A DNA stretch of 26,604 nt from an archaeon (GTDB lineage: Archaea > Nanobdellota > Nanobdellia > Pacearchaeales > GW2011-AR1). The translations under genes were made by a program, and so were the position numbers. The notes under the pieces were generated by a model. The model saw nothing but the letters and a program-made list of their open reading frames with translations. It did no database searches and was not told where the DNA came from. The DNA lies in assembly GCA_043810775.1 (NCBI GenBank), contig JBDRNU010000022.1, positions 1-26,604 on the forward strand, given 5' to 3'. Below are positions 1 to 7,420 of this stretch, one piece after another (position 1 is the first letter of the stretch; every line of letters begins with the position of its first letter).

Positions 1-118
1 TCAAAAATCAAAGATTTTTGATGACTATCAGGAATTTTCATTCCTGAAGCTTTAGGATGTGGATGAGCATTTCTGAGCATCCTAAAGTTCCAACAAACCA
101 CACCTTTTAAGGTGTGGT
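1..118. ncRNA. Candidate structured RNA or stem-loop array, possibly truncated by the window edge
   Basis: Four back-to-back hairpins: 1-21 (9 bp, loop AAA), 28-47 (8 bp, loop TTTC), 50-87 (10-bp stem enclosing GAUGA...CUGA) and 97-118 (8 bp). No convincing ORF covers them. Strand is unresolved. Confidence 0.3.
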
Positions 119-161
119 AAACTCAAGGAACTTTTTGATATATAAATATCCTAAATAAAAA

Positions 162-188
162 ATCAGATTATTTGGAAAGGTTTAAAAT
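162..188 (+). promoter_or_regulatory. BRE/TATA-like promoter module for the methyltransferase gene
   Basis: ATCAGATTATTTGGAAAGGTTTAAAAT lies about 30 nt upstream of the ATG at 219. The same module recurs at 984-1015 and 1478-1500. Confidence 0.45.
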
Positions 189-218
189 TATTGATTTCTT
201 ATTTTTATTATTAAAAAG

Positions 219-980
219 ATGAAAAAAGATGAATTAGAAGCCAGAAAGAGGTATAATGTTGTGGGTGAACATTATGTTAATTGGAGGAGTAAATTAAATC
301 CCAAGGGATGGATATACAACGAACATTTAGAAATGCCTACAACATTTAAATTATTAGGTAATATTAAGGGAAAAAGAGTTCTAGATTTTGGATGTGGAGC
401 TGGAATTTATGCAAAAAAACTCACTGGAAAAGGAGCAAAAGTCAAAGGATTTGATATTAGCCCTGTTATGTTAAAACTTGCTAAAGAGAAAAATCCAAAA
501 TTAGATTTACGACTTGGATCAGGTTATAAAATTCCTTTTAAAGAAAAATTTGATGTTGTAGTGGCTCCACTAGTAATTGGGTACTTAGAAAATTGGGATA
601 AAGTCTTCAAAGAAGTCTCAAGAATTCTAAAAAAAAGGGGATATTTTATATTTTCTATAGGAAACCCTGTAACAGAAGTTGCAATAAAGATTGATTGGGA
701 TAAACCTTATGAAAGAATGTTTGGAAATTATTTCAAAGAAAATAAAATTTATAGTTACTGGAGAAACATTCTCCACAAAAAGAAGGTAAAAGATATAAAA
801 ATGCACACTTACCACAAAACTTATGAAACATTAATAAAGACCATCCTAAAGAATAATTTTGAAATAGTTGACTATAAAGATTGTTTTCCACTTAAAAAAT
901 CTAAAAGATTATTTCCAAAGGAATATGCCTTTGTATCAAGAGTTCCATTCTTTTGTGTTTGGAAGGTAAGGAAAAAATAA
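219..980 (+). CDS. Class I SAM-dependent methyltransferase
   Basis: 253-aa ORF with ATG start. Motif I VLDFGCGAGIYAKKL, followed by acidic KGFDIS and DVVVAPLV, matches the Rossmann-fold MTase pattern. Confidence 0.8.
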   Translation: MKKDELEARKRYNVVGEHYVNWRSKLNPKGWIYNEHLEMPTTFKLLGNIKGKRVLDFGCGAGIYAKKLTGKGAKVKGFDISPVMLKLAKEKNPKLDLRLGSGYKIPFKEKFDVVVAPLVIGYLENWDKVFKEVSRILKKRGYFIFSIGNPVTEVAIKIDWDKPYERMFGNYFKENKIYSYWRNILHKKKVKDIKMHTYHKTYETLIKTILKNNFEIVDYKDCFPLKKSKRLFPKEYAFVSRVPFFCVWKVRKK

Positions 981-983
981 ATA

Positions 984-1015
984 ATCTGATGATTATTTGG
1001 AAAAGTTTAAGTATA
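984..1015 (+). promoter_or_regulatory. BRE/TATA-like promoter module (second copy)
   Basis: ATCTGATGATTATTTGGAAAAGTTTAAGTATA lies about 20-25 nt upstream of the ATG at 1035. Confidence 0.45.
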
Positions 1016-1034
1016 GATAAATTATGCCTTATAC

Positions 1035-1421
1035 ATGGGTTTAGATAATTTAAAGGGAAGATTACAAGAAACCTGGTGGGTGATGAAAGATGCCATTTAT
1101 TTCGGAAATCCAAAGCATTTCGCCATAAGATGGGCTTACATGGGATTAATTAAATTAGGTAAAAGGGATACGGCTGAGAATCTTTCAAGAGCTAATGAAT
1201 GGTTACCTAATGATCTATTTTTTAAGAGATATAATGAGTATGTTCGTAAAGGCAAGGATGAAAAAGCAGAAAATTTCTTTAATAAATTAGACCCATATAC
1301 TAGGCAAAAATTATGGGATGTGCGAGAAGGAGAACAAATGATGCATAATTTTTTTGGAATGTTAAAACAATCCCCAGAAGAAAATGAAGCTTTGGAAAGG
1401 ATGTTAGATGAAGAAGAATAA
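1035..1421 (+). CDS. Hypothetical protein, 128 aa, acidic C-terminus
   Basis: ATG start preceded by a promoter module. Charged, helical-looking composition with no recognisable domain. Confidence 0.6.
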   Translation: MGLDNLKGRLQETWWVMKDAIYFGNPKHFAIRWAYMGLIKLGKRDTAENLSRANEWLPNDLFFKRYNEYVRKGKDEKAENFFNKLDPYTRQKLWDVREGEQMMHNFFGMLKQSPEENEALERMLDEEE

Positions 1422-1477
1422 TCTCCCTAATAAAAAATCAAGTAATTATTTAGTCCTAAAAGTAAACAATCAATTAA

Positions 1478-1500
1478 TTATTTGGAAAGATTTTTAAAAG
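1478..1500 (+). promoter_or_regulatory. BRE/TATA-like promoter module (third copy)
   Basis: TTATTTGGAAAGATTTTTAAAAG ends about 20 nt upstream of the ATG at 1520. Confidence 0.4.
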
Positions 1501-1519
1501 ATATTTTGTATAATCTAAT

Positions 1520-1696
1520 ATGGGAAAAATTATCGATAAGAGACGTTTCTTGATTGGGGCTATTGGAGGAGCCATTGGAGGTGCTATAAGTTTTTGGTTA
1601 GTTTCTGCACAGAATTTTAATCTTTGGAAACTTTCATTATTTGGAGCTATTTTTGGAATAATTATTGCCTGGATAGTAAGATATATTAAAAAATAA
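1520..1696 (+). CDS. Small membrane protein, 58 aa, glycine-zipper type (missed by the ORF track)
   Basis: Hand translation: MGKIIDKRRFLIGAIGGAIGGAISFWLVSAQNFNLWKLSLFGAIFGIIIAWIVRYIKK*. It shows two hydrophobic segments. It has its own copy of the promoter module used by the two upstream genes. The 76-aa minus-strand ORF 1474..1704 looks like its antisense shadow. Confidence 0.6.
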   Translation: MGKIIDKRRFLIGAIGGAIGGAISFWLVSAQNFNLWKLSLFGAIFGIIIAWIVRYIKK

Positions 1697-1700
1697 ATAA

Positions 1701-2540
1701 TCAAGATACTCCTGCTTTATTCTCTTTGATAGCTCTGACAACTTCTGGACGCTCAAATTTTTCCCAAAAAGCCCAGTCTGCCTCTTCCCTTAAAGGAGTA
1801 ATTCTATCGTGAAGTGATTCTGGAAGATACTCACGAAGGCGAGCTTCTCCTTTTTTAATTTCTTCATTTGTTTCAGCTCTTCCGAACCTTAAACCCACTA
1901 TACCTTTCATAACTCGATTAAGAAATAGAGGATTTGCAGCTTTGGCATATTCTTCACCAAAAGGAGTAAAGTCATTTCTTAAAATTGCATAAGCTACTAA
2001 AAAATCACTATGAACTAGTCTTGGATTAAATAGCCCGTCAGGAGTCATGATTTTTTCCTGCAGTTCATAAAATTCATCTACATCTTTCCATAAATGCTGT
2101 TCATCGCGCAAACCCGGCCAGTATAATGGGCTGCAGATTCCAATATCAGAAAGTAAAAGTGGCTCGCGAATATTAGGTGTGTGCACTAGATTTGCAATAT
2201 CATACCTGTATTTATCTAAAACTCCAAGAACTTGCTTTAAGGCTGAATCTTTTTGGTCCCGGGTATACCAGGGATAGGCTGCTCCGACAATATCAAAAAG
2301 AGGTTTAGTAAATGCTTCTGAAGGGCCCCCAGCATAAACATTTACATATGCTTGTTCTGTATTACCCATTGCTTCATTAACTGCCGCATCATAAGCTTGA
2401 TTTATTTTAGGAATTGCTTCATCTGGCTTTGAAAGAAGCAGTGAACGAAGAGGTTCAATATGCATTAGAGCTGCAATTTCCTGGCCTGCACAGATTCTCT
2501 CAAGCTCAGTCATGAAGTTATCCACATTAAATTCAGCCAT
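1701..2540 (-). CDS. Hypothetical protein, 279 aa
   Basis: Long ORF with ATG start and a CTTTAAATAG box about 25 nt upstream on the minus strand. Visibly less AT-rich than its neighbours. No domain recognised. Confidence 0.7.
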   Translation of the reverse strand: MAEFNVDNFMTELERICAGQEIAALMHIEPLRSLLLSKPDEAIPKINQAYDAAVNEAMGNTEQAYVNVYAGGPSEAFTKPLFDIVGAAYPWYTRDQKDSALKQVLGVLDKYRYDIANLVHTPNIREPLLLSDIGICSPLYWPGLRDEQHLWKDVDEFYELQEKIMTPDGLFNPRLVHSDFLVAYAILRNDFTPFGEEYAKAANPLFLNRVMKGIVGLRFGRAETNEEIKKGEARLREYLPESLHDRITPLREEADWAFWEKFERPEVVRAIKENKAGVS

Positions 2541-2590
2541 ATTAATTAAAATTAAAAGAACTATTTAAAGAATATTGAGCTTGAAAATAT

Positions 2591-2664
2591 ATTTTAAAAA
2601 ACTGAAAAGCGAGCCGGCCTCGCCGCTGAAGCCGGCTCATCATCTCAGCCTAAGTTGAGATGAT
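2591..2664 (-). terminator. GC-rich double hairpin followed by a T-run; terminator-like or a small RNA
   Basis: Stem GAGCCGGC/GCCGGCTC (2611-2618/2631-2638) and stem ATCATCTCA/TGAGATGAT (2639-2647/2656-2664). On the minus strand they are followed by GCTTTTCAGTTTTTT. The element lies between the stop at 2673 and the promoter of the 2540 gene. Confidence 0.4.
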
Positions 2665-2672
2665 TATGATGG

Positions 2673-2870
2673 TTAGGGTTGATATTCAACTATTTCTTGA
2701 GCAGCTCGATAGGCTTGCTGCATTCCAAATTTTATTTCTTGCAATTGGGAGTCTAGTGCAGTAGGAACTGGAGTCATAGCTGCACATAAGTATACTCCCA
2801 GCATTGAGTATACTGCACTTGAAAATACACTCCATACTTCATCTCTGAAGCTTTCTTCTAGTTCTCTCAT
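2673..2870 (-). CDS. Hypothetical small protein, 65 aa (the track shows an 85-aa version starting at 2930)
   Basis: The ATG at 2870..2868 overlaps the TGA of the upstream gene as ATGA (plus strand reads tcat at 2867-2870). The longer start would overlap the upstream gene by 64 nt. Confidence 0.5.
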   Translation of the reverse strand: MRELEESFRDEVWSVFSSAVYSMLGVYLCAAMTPVPTALDSQLQEIKFGMQQAYRAAQEIVEYQP

Positions 2871-3199
2871 GGAATTTGAAGATTTAAAGTGATATTTAAG
2901 TCTTCTGCTTGTGATTTCAGCTCTGAACATAAAGAAGCATTATCTGCGCACCACTCACTACAAACTTTTGTGTTTATTTCTAATTGATGCTGGCAAAAAT
3001 ACAAGCAAGAAATTCCTTCGCACCAGTAGCCATTGCTTGAAGGAATTTTAACCTGATTTACTGCAGAGATATCAACTGAACTTTGCTGAAGAAGATTTCT
3101 TGCATTTAAAATTACTGGATAATTAGAATAAACAATGACTAATAAAACTACTATTACAGCTATAAATAAAATTATTACCAAGATACTTAATTTTTTCAT
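2867..3199 (-). CDS. Membrane-anchored Cys-rich protein, 110 aa
   Basis: N-terminal hydrophobic anchor MKKLSILVIILFIAVIVVLLVIV, then seven Cys including CSEWC. ATG start with a TATA-like box upstream. Confidence 0.65.
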   Translation of the reverse strand: MKKLSILVIILFIAVIVVLLVIVYSNYPVILNARNLLQQSSVDISAVNQVKIPSSNGYWCEGISCLYFCQHQLEINTKVCSEWCADNASLCSELKSQAEDLNITLNLQIP

Positions 3200-3266
3200 A
3201 CAGAACTAAGATAATTTTAGTATAAAAAACTTATCAAAAACTCTCTAATTTTATTTTTCTGACATA

Positions 3267-3749
3267 TCAAGTAACTGAAAGGGTGACATAAACTTCACTA
3301 TCTTCTGCAGCCCCTAATATATTCCTGATAACTGAATTTGTTGGTGTAGAAGATACTGGAAATCCTTTCCCTTCTTTTACAAAGTTGAATAAACCCTGGA
3401 AATCCTTTCTTTCATATATTTCAGACAAATATGCCAAACAGACACAATAATTATTAAATCTGGTAAGAGTTTGATTTAATTCGCTTATTTCTGGTGAGCT
3501 TTTCATATCAGAGAAAATAAGACCTCTTGACACAGGGCCTCCTGCTGAAGGGGTTGCTTGTTCTGTGCCTAGATAAAGCTCAAACTTATAAGGATAGTTT
3601 GTTTCTTGCGGATTAGCTCTCCTTTCAGCTTCTAATAGTGATTCTACAGCCTTAATCTTATCAGATGTGTATTTTAGAAATGCTTTTCTTTCATCTTCAG
3701 TCCTAATTAGGTGCTTTTCATTTGCTATGCTAACTAATTGGCTTTCCAT
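3267..3749 (-). CDS. Hypothetical protein, 160 aa
   Basis: ATG start, with TTTTATATAT about 25 nt upstream on the minus strand. No domain recognised. Confidence 0.65.
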   Translation of the reverse strand: MESQLVSIANEKHLIRTEDERKAFLKYTSDKIKAVESLLEAERRANPQETNYPYKFELYLGTEQATPSAGGPVSRGLIFSDMKSSPEISELNQTLTRFNNYCVCLAYLSEIYERKDFQGLFNFVKEGKGFPVSSTPTNSVIRNILGAAEDSEVYVTLSVT

Positions 3750-3825
3750 TTTGTAAATATCATATATAAAATTCGTATTTAAAGCTTTGCATTTTATTAC
3801 TACTTTATAATGTCAGAAAAATAAT

Positions 3826-3975
3826 TTACTTTTTTTCAAGTAGCTCGTAAGCAGTTACTAGCACTAGTTCATTAGTTCTTTGCAGAATTTTAAGATATTT
3901 TTGCCAGCCTTTAATTTTAGCTTCAACTAGCCTAGCATAAAGAAGGTTATTATTTTTTTGCTTAAATAATCCCAT
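3826..3975 (-). CDS. Possible small ORF, 49 aa (not in the track)
   Basis: Hand translation: MGLFKQKNNNLLYARLVEAKIKGWQKYLKILQRTNELVLVTAYELLEKK*. A CTTAAATATT box lies about 27 nt upstream on the minus strand. It fills an otherwise empty 360-nt gap. Confidence 0.35.
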   Translation of the reverse strand: MGLFKQKNNNLLYARLVEAKIKGWQKYLKILQRTNELVLVTAYELLEKK

Positions 3976-4080
3976 TGCTAAAGAATCTTGAATAGTAAAT
4001 ATTTAAGGTTTTTATTAAAATAAAATATATAATGACTTCTAATAATAAATATAAGCGTAAGAATTTTGAAGTAGTATTGG

Positions 4081-4096
4081 GAAAATTTATTTAAAG
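4081..4096 (+). promoter_or_regulatory. BRE/TATA-like promoter
   Basis: GAAAATTTATTTAAAG ends about 21 nt before the ATG at 4117. Confidence 0.4.
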
Positions 4097-4116
4097 GGGC
4101 TATTATTAGACATTTA

Positions 4117-4929
4117 ATGAAAAAAGAGGAAATTATTGCGTTAACTGTAGTAGTGATATTACTAATTGGTTTTGTATTGGGGTTTAAAAAAATTACAGGA
4201 CTTGTTATTGGTGAAGAAGTTAGAGGAATCCCTGAAGAAGAGCAAAAATGCATGCAAAGTTGTGTTGCTATTGGATGTAATTCTGGAGATGTAGATTGTA
4301 TGACTAAAAATGGGGATAAATGCATGGCTCAATGTAATGCTGGACCTCCTGAATCTGAGAGTGAAGATGAGGGTATAGGATGCATGAAGGATTGTATTGA
4401 TAAACTTTGTACTCAAGGACCTAGTTATGCTGAATGTAACAATAATAATCTTAAAAAATGTGAAGAAGAGTGTGATATGAAAGGAGACGCTCCTGATGAA
4501 AGTGAGATGGGTGCTGAACAATTATGCCTTACTAATTGTGTAGCTGAAATTGACCCAAGTATTATATGTGGGAATAGTGTTGAAGGAGAAACTGGAAATG
4601 AAGTTTGCCAGAGATGTGCACAAGAATGTGTGCATTTATATGAAGGTCCTTGTTTAAATGATGAACAAGCCAAGGAAAAACAAAAGGCGTGTGAAACTTG
4701 TACACATTGCTATGGTGAGCCTGTTATGGGGGATAGTGGGGAAGGGTGGGAGTGTATTGTTGATGTAAGCTGTGAAGATGCTTCTTCTGAATGGGGAGAT
4801 GACCCTGGAAGCGGACCTGGAATTGGACAAGAAGGATATGTGGCTCCTGATGAAAATAGTGAAGGAATAGTTGGAAGTATAATGGGAGGAATTAATGATT
4901 TTTTTTCTGGGCTTTTTGGTGGTGAATAG
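4117..4929 (+). CDS. Membrane-anchored, acidic, Cys-rich (24 Cys) surface or secreted protein
   Basis: N-terminal anchor IIALTVVVILLIGFVLGF. Three successive six-Cys modules built around CxxxC pairs, then a Gly-rich hydrophobic tail GSIMGGINDFFSGLFGGE. Confidence 0.75.
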   Translation: MKKEEIIALTVVVILLIGFVLGFKKITGLVIGEEVRGIPEEEQKCMQSCVAIGCNSGDVDCMTKNGDKCMAQCNAGPPESESEDEGIGCMKDCIDKLCTQGPSYAECNNNNLKKCEEECDMKGDAPDESEMGAEQLCLTNCVAEIDPSIICGNSVEGETGNEVCQRCAQECVHLYEGPCLNDEQAKEKQKACETCTHCYGEPVMGDSGEGWECIVDVSCEDASSEWGDDPGSGPGIGQEGYVAPDENSEGIVGSIMGGINDFFSGLFGGE

Positions 4930-4946
4930 AAAATCATAGAATTAAT

Positions 4947-5777
4947 TTAGGTATGGATTAGGCCTTCCTGCCAGTGCTTGAGAATTCTACGAGCCGTTCT
5001 ATCTGTATCAATTTCTCCACCTTTTCTTAAAAATCCCCATTTTTTCCCCAATTCATCTAGAAGTATTTCAGAGTCTTCATTTTCTTGAAGAGTATAGTAC
5101 TTTTCAATTGCTCCTGGAAACTCTTTCATCAGATTTGCGATAATCATTTCAGGGTCTTTAACTTGGCTGTAACTTCTTGCACCTACTTTTGTATGCTGGG
5201 TAATTTGCTTGTAGTGAATGCTTGAATACTCTTTTTTTGGAATCACTCCAGGACTATCTAATAACAAGATGCCTGGACTAAGCTTTAGTTTTTGTATTCC
5301 TTTTGTAAATCCAGGCTCTGCGCCTGTTTTTGCAGAACTTCTTCCAATAAGAATATTGATTACAGAAGATTTTCCAGTATTAGGGTAGCCTATAACTCCT
5401 ACTGTTACTTTTTCCTGCTCAGGATTTTTTATTCTTTTAGCTTCTATTTTAATTCTTTCTCTTAATATTTGGATTCCTTTTCTTTCCTTGCACGAAACTG
5501 ATATGTAAGGATTAAGGTCTGCTAACTCACATTCCTTTAACTTACCAACTAAGTCTGACTTGTTTAAAACATAAATTAGGTGCTTTCCTTGCTGAAGAAT
5601 TTCTTTTTCTAGCTCAGTATTTCTTGTTGAAGAAATAAATCTTGAGTCTAAAACTTCAAGGATAATATCTGAATTTTGGACTACATCCCGGACTAGTGCT
5701 GGAAATTTGCCCTTTTGCTTTCTAATTTTTTTTGTATGCCTTGTTCTTCTGGATGAAAAACTATATCTAACTCTCAT
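4947..5777 (-). CDS. Circularly permuted GTPase (YlqF/YawG/Nog2-type ribosome-biogenesis GTPase)
   Basis: Motif order is G4 NKSD, then G1 GYPNTGKSS, then G3 DSPG. The GYPNxGKSS P-loop is the archaeal/eukaryal flavour. Confidence 0.85.
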   Translation of the reverse strand: MRVRYSFSSRRTRHTKKIRKQKGKFPALVRDVVQNSDIILEVLDSRFISSTRNTELEKEILQQGKHLIYVLNKSDLVGKLKECELADLNPYISVSCKERKGIQILRERIKIEAKRIKNPEQEKVTVGVIGYPNTGKSSVINILIGRSSAKTGAEPGFTKGIQKLKLSPGILLLDSPGVIPKKEYSSIHYKQITQHTKVGARSYSQVKDPEMIIANLMKEFPGAIEKYYTLQENEDSEILLDELGKKWGFLRKGGEIDTDRTARRILKHWQEGLIHT

Positions 5778-5811
5778 ATACTAAGAAAAAGATTGAGGTT
5801 TATAAAGCTCT

Positions 5812-6216
5812 TTACCTTCCCCAATAGGTTCTTTTAAAAGTGACGTCTGCGCCTATTTTGTGCTCTTCTATTTTTTTCAGCTTGTGCATTAGTTCAGCTG
5901 AAGGTTCTGGCTCCTTTTTTTGAATTATTATTTTTTCTACCTTCTCCGGCTCTGGAATTAAAATTGATTTTAAAATTTCTTCATTAGTACGGCCGTGCAG
6001 GAAATCATGTTCAAATTTAGTCATAATCTGCAGGTTCTCAGGAGCATTATTTTCCTTATTCCTATCAATATGATGAACTATGTAGAATTTGAAAGGAAGG
6101 GGGTATTTTGCCCTGTTTTTTTTATAGATTGTCTCGTAGGCAATATTTCTATGAGCTAGGTTTGACCTTAGATAGCCACTCTTGTCCTTGTAAGGCTCTT
6201 TTTTATGCTGAATCAT
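5812..6216 (-). CDS. HNH endonuclease-domain protein, 134 aa
   Basis: HHIDRNKENNAPENLQIMTKFEHDFLH matches the HNH (H-N-H) spacing. Free-standing small gene. Confidence 0.7.
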   Translation of the reverse strand: MIQHKKEPYKDKSGYLRSNLAHRNIAYETIYKKNRAKYPLPFKFYIVHHIDRNKENNAPENLQIMTKFEHDFLHGRTNEEILKSILIPEPEKVEKIIIQKKEPEPSAELMHKLKKIEEHKIGADVTFKRTYWGR

Positions 6217-6260
6217 GATGAATTGAGAAAATTCCTGTTTTTAAATTTATCTTTTTAAAT

Positions 6261-6276
6261 AAAAGTTTATAAATAC
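6261..6276 (+). promoter_or_regulatory. TATA-like promoter
   Basis: AAAAGTTTATAAATAC ends about 21 nt before the ATG at 6297, with no SD, so the mRNA is probably leaderless or short-leader. Confidence 0.45.
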
Positions 6277-6296
6277 TTTAAAATTAGATATACTCA

Positions 6297-6878
6297 ATGG
6301 CGCATCAAGGAAGAGTTCATATTATAAGCACAGCAGCTGAGGAAATAAGCAAGATAATTTTAAATAGAATTCCAAGAGATAAGCTGAAAGTTAAAAAAGG
6401 ATTAGGTTTGCGAAGACCTCTTTGGTTTAAAATAGAATTCCAAGATACTGCTGAAGAAAGAGCTTATTTAAGAGGTGTTGCTGAAAGGTATAACTCTCAA
6501 AATTCTCCTGAAAACCACTTAATAGTTCATGGAACACAAGATTGCTCTTCATTATGCCAGATTCTTTTAGATGGGAAATTAAAGCATAATAAAGGTATTG
6601 AAAATTATGGAAGCCTCGCTGCAAAATATGATGAAAGTGTTATCGCGGGAGGATATTGGGATCATGGATGGGGTATATTCGTGACAACTCCAAAGATAAT
6701 TGATACTAATTATGAACTTTCTGAAAGAAATAATTACTTAGTTGTGCCTGTGAAAGATCTTAAAGGGGTATTATTTCCCCACCATCTTGTTGAAGTAGTT
6801 AGGTATGAATTTCCTAAACACTCTAGTTTATTAAAAAGTTATGGACAATTTGCTCAAGAATTGGAAAAGCATTTTTAA
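6297..6878 (+). CDS. Hypothetical protein, 193 aa
   Basis: ATG start with a promoter box. Its stop overlaps the stop of the convergent cyclophilin gene (TTAA at 6875-6878). No domain recognised. Confidence 0.65.
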   Translation: MAHQGRVHIISTAAEEISKIILNRIPRDKLKVKKGLGLRRPLWFKIEFQDTAEERAYLRGVAERYNSQNSPENHLIVHGTQDCSSLCQILLDGKLKHNKGIENYGSLAAKYDESVIAGGYWDHGWGIFVTTPKIIDTNYELSERNNYLVVPVKDLKGVLFPHHLVEVVRYEFPKHSSLLKSYGQFAQELEKHF

Positions 6879-7420
6879 ATTATACTGGCTTTGATTATCT
6901 TAACTTCTTCGATAGGCCTATCTGAAGAATCAGTTTCTACTTTTGCGATTGCATCTATTACATCCATGCCTTGAATTACTTTGCCAAATGCTGGATGCTT
7001 ATCATCAAGAAAATTATTGTTGACTAGGTTAATGAAAAACTGGCTTCCCCCTGTATTTGGACCTGCATTTGCCATTGAAATTGTGCCTCGATTATTTTTA
7101 TTTCCACCTTTATGGGTGAATTCGTCTTTTATAGTGTATCCTGGCCCACCCATTCCTGTTCCTTGAGGGTCGCCGCCCTGAATCATAAAACTGGCAATTA
7201 TTCTATGGAAAATTACCCCATCATAAAATCCCTGATTAACCAGTTTCTCAAAATTTCCAGCTGTAACTGGCATGTCATCATACAGTTCAATTACTACATC
7301 TCCCATACTGGTTTCAAGTTTTACTTTGGTAGATTGAGACATTTTACAATATACTCCTGAAATAACTAAAATTAGAGCTATTATAAATATTCCTAAAATA
7401 ATTTTTTTCTGTTTTTTCAT
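6875..7420 (-). CDS. Cyclophilin-type peptidyl-prolyl cis-trans isomerase with N-terminal membrane anchor
   Basis: Cyclophilin signatures FHRIIASFMIQGGDP and GTISMANAGPNTGGSQFFI. N-terminus KKIILGIFIIALILVISGVY is hydrophobic. ATGA overlap with the upstream topoisomerase gene. Confidence 0.9.
   Translation of the reverse strand: MKKQKKIILGIFIIALILVISGVYCKMSQSTKVKLETSMGDVVIELYDDMPVTAGNFEKLVNQGFYDGVIFHRIIASFMIQGGDPQGTGMGGPGYTIKDEFTHKGGNKNNRGTISMANAGPNTGGSQFFINLVNNNFLDDKHPAFGKVIQGMDVIDAIAKVETDSSDRPIEEVKIIKASII

Noticed and set aside
19-76. Canonical archaeal box C/D sRNA (UGAUGA 19-24, CUGA 44-47, GGAUGA 61-66, CUGA 73-76)
   Set aside because: The spacings are 19 nt, 13 nt and 6 nt. These do not fit the archaeal C-12 nt-D'/C'-12 nt-D layout, and the K-turn bulge is shorter than 3 nt. 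I keep only the weaker K-turn-like claim.
68-80. 13-mer CATTTCTGAGCAT shared with 22950-22962
   Set aside because: A single 13-nt match in 26.6 kb of biased composition is within chance expectation. Its position relative to the conserved hairpin also differs between the two sites.
627-1113. Minus-strand ORFs 627..815 and 901..1113
   Set aside because: They lie inside or antisense to the well-supported methyltransferase gene and the following promoter. Their low-complexity Ile/Phe-rich translations are typical of AT-rich antisense frames.
1474-1704. 76-aa minus-strand ORF from the track
   Set aside because: Its composition looks like the antisense shadow of a hydrophobic gene. The plus strand carries a 58-aa ORF (1520..1696) with the same promoter module as its neighbours.
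3978-4937. Minus-strand ORFs 3978..4325, 4162..4521, 4425..4673 and 4710..4937
   Set aside because: All are antisense to the 270-aa Cys-rich gene or run through its promoter. Their Ser/Pro/Phe-rich low-complexity translations lack promoter context.
6427-7360. ORFs 6427..6624 (-), 6981..7166 (+) and 7112..7360 (+)
   Set aside because: They are antisense to the 193-aa gene and to the strongly supported cyclophilin gene.
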